A stretch of 64,000 nucleotides of DNA, from positions 27,652,001 through 27,716,000 of the forward strand of contig OX442314.1 in the NCBI GenBank assembly GCA_949358305.1, given 5' to 3'. This stretch comes from Strigamia acuminata. Its lineage: Eukaryota. This document shows, one piece after another, positions 1 to 11,393 of the stretch. Both the position numbers and the translations under genes were made by a program. The notes below the pieces were generated by a model. It ran no database searches and had not been told where the DNA came from. It was given only the letters and a program-made list of their open reading frames with translations. Within the stretch, counting starts at the first letter, position 1. Every line of letters starts with the position of its first letter.

Positions 1-810
1 TTGCGCAATTTTTGCCGTTTCTTTGGTTCGTTGCGCTGCCTGTGCAGGTCGCTTCTCAGGATAGCGCTGCCAACAATTTTTGGCAATATGGCCGCTTTTG
101 CCACACTCGTAACATACTATTTTAGTCCCACCTTTCAACTTTTTGCCGCCAGAGTTCTTGCCAACTTGCGCCCGAAATGCCATTGTTGTGTTTTCCATTG
201 CTGGTCCCCTCGTTCGGAATATTGAGTGTTGCTCTTCTAGTTTCAACGCCCGCCGCAACTCTTCAATTGTCGCCGTCACATTTGTTCGGGAATTCCTCGC
301 GATATGCTCGTGTTTTTGCAAAAGTCCGCGTGTAACAAATAACATCAACTCACGATTTTTCACGTCTCGACCAACTGCTTTAGACCTGGCTTGAATGGAC
401 TTGGCTCTGTTCAAGTAGCTGTCCACGTTTTCGTCATTTTTCATACGCAATTCCGCCAGTTCAGTTGCCGCGTCGATTTGCTGTTCCTCGGTCGCACCGG
501 CATATAATGCTTTTAAAGCATCCCAGACCACTTTTGCCTCAGTCATTTCCATGCAGTTTGCTGCCTCCTCGTCCGACATTGTTAAAACGATGATGCCGAG
601 CGCCTCGTTGTTCTTTTTCGCCCAATCGTCGTACGTGACGAGTTTATTCGCATAGTCTGCATCACCTTGGATGGGCTCCACCACCGCTGGTTCGGTTATC
701 ATTTTTGTCAAGTTCTTTGCAGCCAATAAAGTCTTTACCTTGAACTGCCAGATGAAGTAGTTGTTTGGTTTCAAAAGTTCAATTCGATTTAACGAACCGC
801 CCGGAACCAC
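1..810 (-). CDS. gag: Ty1/copia gag (5' part of gag-pol, runs off window start)
   Basis: Manual translation of the minus strand, open from 816 to the window edge: IELLKPNNYFIWQFKVKTLLAAKNL (copia gag N-terminal motif), AKVVWDALKALY (UBN2-like) and the CCHC knuckle CYECGKSGHIAKNC near position 114. Confidence 0.9.
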   Translation of the reverse strand, partial: MVPGGSLNRIELLKPNNYFIWQFKVKTLLAAKNLTKMITEPAVVEPIQGDADYANKLVTYDDWAKKNNEALGIIVLTMSDEEAANCMEMTEAKVVWDALKALYAGATEEQQIDAATELAELRMKNDENVDSYLNRAKSIQARSKAVGRDVKNRELMLFVTRGLLQKHEHIARNSRTNVTATIEELRRALKLEEQHSIFRTRGPAMENTTMAFRAQVGKNSGGKKLKGGTKIVCYECGKSGHIAKNCWQRYPEKRPAQAAQRTKETAKIAQ

Positions 811-996
811 CCTCTGCTACCACTTGTTGTATTTCGAATGTCCAAATCAAATGAAAGACCACACGTTAACGGAACAGAAAATAACACGTCTTTACTCTTC
901 AAAAACAGTTTTTACAATAATGGAATGACACGCGCATAACGTGTCGTGAACGTTACAAAATCAGATAAAACGTCAAACCAATGATAATTTACAACA
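1..996 (-). mobile_element. Ty1/copia LTR retrotransposon 5' end: LTR 825-996, tRNA-iMet PBS 811-822
   Basis: 172 bp segment bounded by TGTTGTA...TACAACA. It is followed on the minus strand by TGGTAGCAGAGG, complementary to the animal initiator tRNA-Met 3' end, and then by gag. Confidence 0.88.
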
Positions 997-1200
997 ATTA
1001 AATCTAACAAAAGTTGCATATTGCATTCGAGTTGCAGTTTTACGTTATCAGTCGCCATGTTGTCCTCGATTTTATTCCAGAGCTTTTTTGCATTTCTTGG
1101 TGCTTGATATTGAAGCACTTGGTCACCCGTTAGTGTGTCGACGATTATCTCAATCGCGCTTCGGCTTTCTTGATATTGCAGGTTTTCCATACTTGCTCCT
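997..1200 (-). pseudogene. Fragment of an older copia-like gag, cut by the LTR at 996
   Basis: SAIEIIVDTLTGDQVLQYQAPRNAKKLWNKIEDNM resembles the UBN2 region of copia gag. Confidence 0.55.
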
Positions 1201-1446
1201 TGGCTTCGCAATTTTACACTCCGGGGTTGCCACGTGGTGGTTCGACTGCAGTAATGGCCGTACGGCAAAGAATTATTTTGAGTAAAATTACTATGATTTA
1301 TTATGAGGAAATATCTGATTTGTATATCTATTAAAAAACATATACTGTATGTGCTACAGTATTTGGTCGCATAAAAACTTCTGGGGCGCGAGGGAAAAAG
1401 GATTGAGAAGCCCTGGGCTAGTTGACGAAGTAGATACAATACTTAC

Positions 1447-4400
1447 AGAAATAGCAGTGTTCATTGTTGCTTTATCCATATAAGGCGTTTGGTATCGCCA
1501 CACTTCTTCTATTGACAGTTTTTTGTTCTTTTTAGTCATATTCATTAAATTGATAAAATGAACCTTGCATTCATGCACGCCAATTTCTTTTGCATATGTC
1601 TGCCTGTATTTAGTCATTATTGATCCATCCCCACATGCAATTAAATTGGGCAAATATAATGTGTTATTTTCTTGAATAATTACTACATATCTTGTTGGCT
1701 CACTCAGATATAATGTGATTCTTTCTTTGCTCACATAAACTGCCAATACTGCAGAAGTAAATATAAGAAATAAATTCAGTGCAGATTGCAGCAGAAGTCG
1801 TATTGGAGGCTGCTGTATCATAACCCGTGAAACACCTTTCTTTTTCTCAATGGCCAAATGTATTTGCTTAGTAATATTCTTTTTTATGCCGGCTTTAAGT
1901 TGAACAGGTCTGACAAATTTAGACAAAATGAGAAGAAACATTTGTCCAATTTCAATCAAAGATAGAAGAGAAAATCCCAAAGAGAATCCCAAATTGCCCC
2001 CAAAATCGACTAACAAGTCTGGAATAGTGTAAATGTAGACTTCTGTCAGTCTGACAAACAATTCTTCCAATACTTTCAAATTTAGGCTAAATAGATCTTT
2101 GCCTTTTGGTTCATCTTCAAAATCTATCAAAAACATTCTATTAATTATGCAACAAAATAGAAGCGATTATAGTTTAACTTGTATCAGTATGCATTATAAA
2201 CAGATAAGCACTCTGTTCACAAGGTCTCAAGCAACCACATTCTTCCGCTGATTGTGTAGTCATTGCAAATGCTTTGACATACATGTCAGCCACAATTGAT
2301 TTGTTTGGCTCTAAACTGCAATCTATCAAATTTTTGTTGGACATGTAAGGCAACCTAACTTAAAAATCTATGAGTATATCAATGTTGCAATGTTCAATGC
2401 AAGTCTGACCTGCATCGTAGAGGATTTTTTCTTGTCATACAGTCTTGGTAACATTGGATTTCTTTTTTCTTATCCGGTTCGCAAGAAGGGTTTCTTGAAG
2501 GTAAAAATTGATACTGCCATAAAAGAAATGCAGCATTACTATGTTTTGCTGAGCAATCACAATAAATAAGATGAATTAGTGTTATCTGATACACTTACTT
2601 TTCGAATGAGAAATTGCGTGTCTGATTCAATTCCTGACATCACCGAAAAAGTATATTTGTATGGCATGAGGTCAGTTAACACAGCCACCTAATATTCAAT
2701 TATGTAAAAATAAAAGTATATGTTCACACTGTAGTAATAAAATAGTAAAAGCTGAGATTTCTTACCGAAATCTGTGGATTTTCACAACTTCCATTCTTTT
2801 TAAGAAGCATATGTATTTTCATATACTGCACTAATTTTCTATCTATTTAAACTCAAAAGCAAAATTGATTTTTTTATTTTTCTAACCAGAATTAAGGACC
2901 AATGATTTTCCTGTTATGTAATCTCTATAGGTTACTGAAATTTCTGTGTTATCTTTTCTAGAAATTCCTTCTTTAATTGTTGTTTCATGCAATACAGTTT
3001 TACCCTGAAAAAATTATACATCTGTAAGCCTATATGTAATTCAACAAATTATAAGGACAACATAAATGAATATTAATAAATAAATGAATAATTTATGTCC
3101 GTTTGTTCTTACGTCATTCCCGTCTGTTTTACCGCCTAGGGCGATAAAAGACGTAGTTCTACGACAAAATTATCGCTTCTGTACTTTGTAGTGACCATGA
3201 GGAGGGTCAGTGAGGAGAATTTGCTCACTTTTGCCTCGTGAGAGGAGTGGGGGTGCCTCAACTCGCTCCTCGTTGGTTGATGCATGTCACCTGACAAAAT
3301 GGCCTTTGGGGCGAGAAATTTGCCTCGCTCCAAACAGCAGAACCGATTCAGCAACAAACCAACATGCACGTGAAAAAACTAAGTCCTACTTTTTAGGCCC
3401 TTACCACAAAGAAAGGGATTGATACAGGACAGAAGATAATTCTAACATGACTAACATTTCCCTGAATACATCTCCGTAGCCGGTTAGCTGTGTTAACTAC
3501 TTAACCCCAGCGTCTTTTCTCATAACAGTGAGGAATAGCCAACATAGCACTAAAACTACCGCCATCAGCGAGTTGTGAGAATATCGCCTCACGAGCCTAA
3601 TTGGTAGGACGACTTAAGCCTTTGTGTGAGCGGTCACAGAAGTGAAGCAAGCCTTCTTGTTAGTATTGTAACAAAAATGTAAACAATATTAGAAATATTA
3701 TGTGCGTCTTACAACCGACAGCTAACTTTTTTTTCTCTAAAAAATCAAGTCTAACAGTGTGAGATGCGTCATAGAATGTATGTATACTTTTAATGACAAT
3801 GGTGTAGAATGCTGGACTCCAATTACTTGGCCAACATGATTCCCATCCAATTTTATGAAAGTAACAGTGTGTGTTCGGACGGACACCACATGGTCTGGGG
3901 AGGGCCACGAGACGCTGGATGCAACACACACTATGAAATTATACACAAAATACACAAGAGACACAAGATAGTTTTAGTTATTGACTTTAGGGGGTATGAT
4001 GGGTGTTTCACAGTGCATTTCCCAAGGCGATGGCTACTAGAGCCATCCCTAATCAGACTGCGTGTCACGGCGACCATTGGGAGGCATGACACGCGAGGTC
4101 GGTAGTACGGATTCGGTCGCGTCATTGTGACGTTCGTAGAACTTGTGGCGAACGCGACTTACTCAGACGCTCAGGACCCGGTGGGTGACAGAGTCGCCAC
4201 ACCGACCGTTTGAGTCACTATCATAGTCAGTTTAGAGGAGCGGTCATAATGCGACCGTTCGCCTTGCTGGCTTGAAGAACAACACGTGAGCCACTATGGG
4301 GCCCACCCACTTCCGGAAGGTGACTTCTGGGGCCTGATTCCACCAATCAAAGGCCCGCAGCTCTACCTGTTGCAGAGAACCGCAACCAGCGCGCGAGAAA

Positions 4401-4971
4401 TGCAAGGAGCGCGAGAGCTGCATAAGTGCATTGTCATTGCAGTGCAGTGAGCAGCCTGCAGGGGCAGCTGGTCACAACAGAAATTAAATACCTGTCTTAT
4501 CTTTATGTGTTGTAAATTGCTTGAAATGTTGCTTTTCAGCCAGAAATCCGTATAATTCTCAACATTGACTCCTTTAGAAATCATTGCTTTCAGTGGTAGA
4601 TAACAAAGACGGCTTTTTCCTTTTGAACCTTCACCTAATTTTTGCCAGTAGTCGGACAAAGATTTGGTATCGAGGCCAAAGTACATCAGTTCCGGGAATG
4701 TCAGTTCACCTATTGGAATATATTCGATTTCAACTTTGAAAGGTCCTTGAAAGTAGTATTGAATTCTTTCCATTGTTTGGTAACAGCAAATGGTGCCACA
4801 AACGATCAAACCTACTAACCAAACCGCACGGACTAAACCACTCTTATTTTTGTTATAAACATTGTCAATAAATTTCAAACTGTCACAGCCTGACACTGAA
4901 GTTTGAATTTCTTGCTGCACGAAACGACGAATAAGACTACGACGAAAACGCAAACCTTCTAATTCTTTCAT
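1447..4971 (-). CDS. DEG/ENaC (pickpocket/ASIC-like) channel, paralog 1, tandem two-domain type; 3' exons not in window
   Basis: GT-AG exons 4971-4492, 3004-2887, 2842-2766, 2688-2599, 2513-2410, 2354-2179 and 2123-1447 join in frame. Motifs: TM1 VRAVWLVGLIVCGTICCY, CYQDC, CGCLRPC, TM2 DFGGNLGFSLGFSLLSLIE, then a second TM1. Colinear with the gene at 32756-39739. Confidence 0.85.
3663..4042 (+). repeat. Segment homologous to 21990-23178, carrying the empty site for the MITE at 22303-23058
   Basis: Direct alignment by eye with several indels. CAACACACAC-TA is uninterrupted here and interrupted in the other copy. Confidence 0.8.
4043..4479. mobile_element. Possible LTR-like remnant in intron 1 of DEG/ENaC paralog 1
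   Basis: GC-rich insertion absent from the equivalent intron of paralog 2, ending GTCACAACA. No TSD or other end found. Confidence 0.3.
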
Positions 4972-6043
4972 TTTGTTGTGACTATTAACTAAACGTGTGC
5001 TCTTGTTAAGTAGAGTTTTCTGACTAAAAGTGTAAGGAGCAGCAAGAGAGGAAAAAAAGTTCAAACTGGAAAATGTAAACAAAAATGTCAGTTTGCTTTT
5101 TAAAAAAATTGCTAAATTGTTTGAGAAAACGTCAAAGTTTGTTTCAAAATTGAAAATATAGGAAGAACTGGCAAAACTTAAAAAAAAAATTGTATTTACC
5201 GTTTTCAGTGTTTGACAGTAGTTTGACGCGAGAAGTCTAATCATACAGACAGCTGCTGACAACTTTTGCTGCAAAGTATGGATTAACTGTCTGTAATTTT
5301 TTTGTCAACATAAACACAGATATAGATTATTTACACTACCTGTATGATGTAACCCGGTTTGTCAACCATAAAGGAACTATAATATAAATTAAATTACTAC
5401 TACGGTAGAATGCATCATACACCATCATAAACCTTTTTACAATAAACAAACTTCTTGGTGGATACATTATCTCAAGTTTGTCTGGTTTAAGATAAAATTT
5501 GGACTAAAATAGACGTCCAAATGTCTATCAGTCCAATTAGAATGTCCCTGTTCCTGGGATGTCTGCACCGGTGTCCTACCTGGAAGCTGGGTAGCCTCTT
5601 TAAAGGTCGTAAACATCGGAAATCCACCACAAGTTACCGAAACGTCGCTAAAACCTATCTGTCGCTCATGTGCTACGTCGCTTAAACGAAGCACTGAGCT
5701 GGCATAAGAATACTCTGGCGTCGCTAAAGTGGGGTCGCTAAAAAGCATCTTTTTTGGAATTACCAACTCCCTTCAGCACAAATTTGAAGCTTTTGGGGCA
5801 AAGAAAAAAATTCTAACTTGTGGAAAAAGTATTATAAGAAGCGAAATCCACAGTGTAAAATGATAAGCAGTCATAGAATCAGAAAAACCTCTAGTTGAAG
5901 TACTCTGTGCACATAATCCAGGTCTCAGAAGTTGTCTGAAGTAACAGGCTGTCCGGATGGGATAGGGAATTTAACATTGCTGGACATACTAGTAGGTTGG
6001 GTCGAGCAAACTTGTCCAGACCACACTGCTTTACGGAGGAGCA

Positions 6044-6445
6044 CCAGGGCCGTCTTAGCACTTTTCAGCACCCCGGGCTTAAAAAAAAAATCAGGCGCCC
6101 CTTGCCCCTTGTCATAATTAAAAAAAAATTACATTTACTATTTCACAGGCCTGTTCCTAGAGTATAATTGTAGTCCACTTGTGTTTTTTGAGCATGCTGG
6201 CACCCCACTCCCACCCCCCTTCAAAAGAAGCAGCAGTGAGCATTTTTGTGAAAAATAAATTCGAACCAAAAAATGCATTTTTGAACCTAAAAATGCTTTT
6301 TCTGACCTAAAAATGTATTTTCAAACCTAAAAATGTATTTTCGGATCTAAAAATGTATTTTCGGGCCTATAAATGTATTTTCGGACCTATAAATGTATTT
6401 TCAGCCCTAAAAATGCATCTTTAGAGAAAAAATGCCACCCGGGGC
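6044..6445. repeat. Short interspersed element with 20-bp minisatellite (CCTAAAAATGTATTTTCGGA); shorter copy at ~40372-40680
   Basis: Same flanks in four places, and the minisatellite copy number varies. Confidence 0.6.
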
Positions 6446-6587
6446 GTGGCGTCCATGTGTTTTACACAATATCAACAATGTGAAGGAACTGGTCTAGAAG
6501 TTCAGCTTTTATTTGAACACTCACGAAGACTTTGTAGGAGGCACCTGGCACCCCTCTCTGCCTGGTGTTCCTCTCACCTAACGTTCC

Positions 6588-6769
6588 TCTTGCGCTTAAG
6601 TTGTGATTTATCTGCATACTTTTATACAGAAATAACAAAATACATGTTTACATGCATCCAACCACGTGAGGCAAACACGGGGTGTCGCCACAAATGCCAC
6701 AAGGTTGTGCATCGATTGAAATAGCACTTTTTGACTTTGGTAGAAATTTGAATTTTCCTCGTGTTCAAC
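6588..6769 (-). pseudogene. PEX2: PEX2 RING-exon fragment, copy 1
   Basis: Aligns to 42533-42722 (CKHVFCYFCIK plus donor and intron), with a 4-bp insertion and an ~18-bp deletion. Confidence 0.9.
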
Positions 6770-7471
6770 GTTTAGGGGTTGTTCGGGAGTCGTATAAGAG
6801 TTGTTCAGGGGTCGTTCGAAAGTTGTTTGAAGGTTATTTGAAGGTCGTTCAAAGGTCATTTGAAGGTCGTTCAAAAGTCATTTGAAGGTCGTTCAAAGGT
6901 TATTTGAAGGTCGTTCAAAGGTCATTTGAAGGTCGTTCAAAGGTCATTTGAAGGTCGTTCAAAGGTCATTTGAAGGTTGTTCAAAGGTCATTTGAAGGTC
7001 ATTCAAAGGCCATTTGGGGATTGTTCAAGAGTTGTTTGGGGGTCATTTGAGGATCATTCAAAGGTCGTTCTGGGTTCGTTCAGGGATCGTTCAAAGGTCA
7101 TTTGGGGATTGTTCAGGGGTCATTCGGGAGTCGTTTGGGGGTCGTTCGAAGGTTGTTTGAAGGTTATTTGAAGGTCGTTTAAAGGTCGTTTAAAGGTCGT
7201 TCGGGGATTGTTCAGGGGTTGTTCGGGAGTCGTTTGGGAGTCATTCAAAGGTCGTTCTGGGTTCGTTCAGGGATCGTTCAAAGGTCGTTTGGGGATTGTT
7301 CAGGGGTCGTTCGGGTGTCGTTTAAGAGTTGTTCTGGGGTCGTTCGAAGGTTGTTCAAAGGTCATTTGAAGGTCGTTTGAAGGTTGTTCAAAGGTTGTTC
7401 GGGGGTCGTTCAAGGGTCGTTCGGGGGTCATTCGGAAGTCGTTCGAGGTTCGATCGGGGATCAATCGGGAT
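6770..7471. repeat. 11/22-bp satellite (GAAGGTCGTTC AAAGGTCATTT)
   Basis: Visible tandem array, also at 24158-24859 and 29234-30020. Confidence 0.95.
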
Positions 7472-8404
7472 TCCCCAGTAAAAGTGGACTAGTCACTAGT
7501 CCACTTTTACTGGGGATGCATATTTATATCATTTACTCTATGAGAATTTGAAAAAATGGCTCCAATTAAGGAAAACTCTTGATCCGTTTAGCACAGTGAC
7601 TAGATGCACTATCATCTTGAAAGATAACATCGTCATCACTGAACTGGTCCTCGATGCTGGGAAGAAGAAAGAGGTCTAAAACTTCTTCATAAGCTTCCGC
7701 ATTAACTGTTCCTTTAATAATGCACATTTTTCCAGGTCTTTTAGCTGACATACAGCCCCATATCATTAAGCTGTGAGGAAACTTGGTTTTGCTCAGCAAA
7801 CAATTGTGACCGTCAGGCCACCTGGGTGACCTGCGGCACTGCCACACACCACCATACGGCCCCAAAGGTCAACCCCTCTGTGGGTGATTGACCTAGCCCG
7901 GGGAGGAGGGAGTGGAGTGGTGTGGTGAGGAGGGAGTGGAGTGTGTGAGGAGAGTTGAGTGTTGGACACGGCCTGAGAAGGACGTGTCTGCAGCGGCTCC
8001 CAGAGAGGAGAAGTAGTCATCGAGAGGGACGAGAAGTGTCCCAGGTTGAACCCCACACTCCTCACCATTCACCACGTTGATCCTCAGTGCTATGGCGGAG
8101 TCCGTAGTGCAGCCTCCATGAGCGGATACGCGGGTCGCAGGTAAGCGCGACATGAATGTTAAGTCGAACCGACCACGTCACACATTGGACTTCTGCCCAG
8201 TGTGTGACGGGTCGGTTGCCGGTGCGGCGCGCCTTCGTGGCGCCCCTGCAACGGGTAACGGGATTCCCCATACCCCTAGACAACGACAATAAAGGCCAAC
8301 CAACCAATATTGTGGGAATCTCTGTTATTATTACGTGATGTATGCGTCCCTACCCAGTGTGATTAGTCCCCTAGTTACATTGGCGAGACCATACCAGTCA
8401 CAAT

Positions 8405-8429
8405 TGAGGGCCCTGTCCGAGATTTGAAC
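8405..8429 (+). promoter_or_regulatory. Degenerate tRNA-Pro primer-binding site
   Basis: TGAGGGCCCTGTCCGAGATTTGAAC lies directly after the LTR and resembles the complement of the tRNA-Pro 3' end, TGGGGGCTCGTCCGGGATTTGAAC. Confidence 0.7.
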
Positions 8430-10639
8430 TTGGAAAGTTTTTTTTTTGATCCGCCATTTTGTTTTGCCTTGTGCTCAACCCTTTGTTTCATTGTGGTTAG
8501 CTTTTTGTCTCAATTTTATCGTTGTCACGTATTGTTTTACTATTTGTTTCAGGTTTTGTTGCATTTTGCTTTATTTTTTGGCGGGGGTCAATTGTATTGT
8601 TTTCCATTTTTCTTTGTTTTGGACTTGGGTTAATTGCTTTTTTATGACCGGAATTGAAGGGGTGTTCTGTTTACCACTTTGGGTCCTGGTGGGTTTAGTT
8701 GTGGGAGGCGGGGTGCTTTTTCGTTTGAAGGTTGTTGAATTGTATTTTTCTCAGTGCTGGTGTGGTTGGGGCTCTGAAATTAATTTTTTCAGACGCACTG
8801 CAACCAGCCAAAACATTGTGATATGTGTTTCTCTAATTGGCTTTGGGAGATTTGCTCACCCCTCGGTCAGTCACAGGGGTGCATGTCACGGTGTCTTATC
8901 TTTTGTGTTTTTCTCCCCTTGTACTGACTTGACCTCGCAGTGCTTTTGTCTTTATTTTTCAATTGCACTGTGTGTCTATTTTGGTGCCGGGTTGGGAAAC
9001 ATTTGTTTTTCTTCGGCCACATTTTTTCCTTGGTTTGAGCTGGGTATTGCTCAGATTTTTGGGAGATTTGTGCAATTTTCTTTTGTTTTATGGTAATTTT
9101 TCTTTTTGCTGGTCTGGCTGGAATTTGTTTGACTTGTTTTTTTTGTGTTCTAATTGAGGTCCACTTTACAATGACAGTAGCCAACCAACACATTGGTCTA
9201 ATACCATTCTTTATTTTTTTTTAGGTATGTTTTGTTTGTGTGCTTGGCTTTGGCTAGAGTCGACCTGGATGTTTCCTTTAATCATCTTGGGGCGACAAAA
9301 GCTGACCAACACATGAGCTTGATACCATTTTTTATTATTTTATGATTTTTCATTTCTTGGTGTGCAACCTATAGAGGGAGGAACCAGTTGGGGGTGCTCA
9401 GTTTTTGTGGTTTGGGGTGTTGGAATAGATCTGTTTCATCATCTCAAGGGCAATTGAGAGTGGCTGTTGAGTGTCTTAGAGGGTCGGCACCACACCGGAC
9501 AATTGGTGGATTTGGTTCTTTGATTCCTCTCTCAGGGTCGGGCGATTTGGTTCCTTTTCCGAGTGTGTTTTTTTTGGCGGGAAACGTGGTTGTGGTGTTG
9601 TTGTGGTGGGCGGGCATGCTGCTGGGTGCAGTATATCCCAGTTCAGCCCTGTGCCTCGCCCGGACGATGATAAACTAATGCGGTATATTTAGGGGAGCTC
9701 TGTTCATTACTGGCCAGAGGTACATTCCTGGTTTCAGCGGTTTGAGTAATCTTTTGAATCACAGGCGCACGTACTTCCTTGGAGCACACGGAGACTGGGT
9801 TTCCAACCCTGTCCCGGGCACTGGTGGAAGCAGTTTGGCATGATTTTGGCTTTTTTGTGTTTTTGTGGCCACTTATGGCACATTTTTGTCAATTTCGCTG
9901 CCGTTCTGTCGAAATTGGGTCTCGGATAGCGGGGAAGGCGGCCCTTGCAGGGGACTGCTTGGGTGTCGAGCCTAACGGTGTTTGCTCTCGGACCGCGCGT
10001 GGGATGTTTGCAAACACGAATTGGGTGGCTAACGGCTTTGAAAAGAGACCGTGAATCCAGCCCAACATCTTTTTTATCTTTGTTTTCAATGTGCTGTGTG
10101 TAGATCATTTTGTGATACACGCCACATTTTTCTCCTAACCTTTCTCTTATACTATTTCTACTCTATTTTCATAACCGGATTGGATTGGGAACGTGACACT
10201 CCTGGGGTGTGGACCTAACACATCCTGGCATTGGGCCGTGTTCAACAGTACTCTGCCCGGTCTAATCCAGATTCAGTCGCCGATTTCTCTTCACTCTTTG
10301 TCTGAGGTGACTGAGTCGATTTTTGCCTCATCAGGGTTATCGCGACCTTGATGGTGTTTTGGGTGTGAATTTGGTGCTTGAGCTAGCTATGCCAAAGGAA
10401 GCCTAAGATACGCGATTTTAGCGTTTTCAGCAGGGGTTAAAACTGGTGGCAGATGTATACACCAGCGCAAAGGAAAACGTACGACCTTAGCATCGAAGCT
10501 GTGGGGCGCGATGAGAAAATGCCACGAAAAATCGATATACGCAGTTTTTTCTACTTGGTTCTGGCGCGAATAATTTAGAACACGAAGGGAAAGACGAACC
10601 ATGCATTGTGTTTGTTAGTTTGGGAGTGTCAGTAAACTT

Positions 10640-10862
10640 CCAGTCGCCCATTTCTATCTTCTGGGGCGTGGATAAATGCCGGAAAGGTGTTCGCCAGTTT
10701 CTATCTTCTGGGGCGTGGATAAGTACCAGAAAGGTGTTCGCTAATTTTTTATTTTTTGGGGCGTGGATTAAAAATACCAAAAAGTGTTCGCTAATTTTTT
10801 ATTTTGGGGCGTGGATTAAAAATACCAAAGTTTAACCGCTAATTTTATGTTTTGGGGCGCAG
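10640..10862. repeat. Short tandem array of ~50-55 bp units (TTTTGGGGCGTGGATTAAAAATACC...)
   Basis: About five degenerate units visible; possibly part of a further insertion. Confidence 0.7.
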
Positions 10863-11393
10863 AGAAAAGCCAAAATTTGTTGTTTTGATTGTTGTTCAAT
10901 AATTAAAACTATCTTGTAATAATTTATTATGTTTTATTCTTTATAGTACATTTTAAATCAGTGACAGATTTGCATGACGCGGTCAGGGTATTGAACCATT
11001 GACCTCGCAGCTCTTCTGTTCAATCGACTTTTAACCCTAAGAGCGTGAACTCTGATGAAAGAACAGGATGACACCCCTGGTGCATACCTTTTGTCTTCAC
11101 CAGATGCTTCATTGCCAAATTACTAAAACTAGCCTGGTAGATCTTTGAAGCACCGTTAAGGCGCCCGAAGGTCCAACACATGGCCGGTGGTTGGACATTC
11201 CATCTGAAGGGGAACTGGAACCTTTTTGCAAATTACGGTTGACCTAGTTGTGGGCGGCAGTGATTGGTTAAGGTGACCCTGACGTTTGTTTGTTTATAGG
11301 AAGTGGAGAAGTTTTCGAATAATTCCCCACTCCTAGCTTGTGCGTGGTCTTGATCACACTCACGAGATACCACTGACAAGAATCGGAAAAAGA

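Larger units (their letters stand above)
5788..10944 (+). repeat. Local segmental duplication, copy A (copy B at 23176-28332)
   Basis: Near-identical sequence at a constant offset of 17388; the ORF track repeats. Confidence 0.95.

Noticed and set aside
2124..2178. Apparent stops and frameshift suggesting paralog 1 is a pseudogene
   Set aside because: The segment is a 55-nt GT-AG intron (equivalent to 37475-37537), and splicing restores DTNFEDE.
4972..5274. N-terminal extension of the DEG/ENaC ORF
   Set aside because: It starts at TTG, and the homologous region in paralog 2 is frameshifted, so it is probably UTR.
6608..7171. Repetitive ORFs (TFERPSNN...; also at 23996 and 29072)
   Set aside because: These are read-through of the 11/22-bp satellite into a frameshifted PEX2 fragment.
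8446..9096. Hydrophobic 216-aa ORF as a possible env or membrane protein
   Set aside because: It arises from the T-rich, A-poor leader composition, has a TTG start and shows no family motifs.
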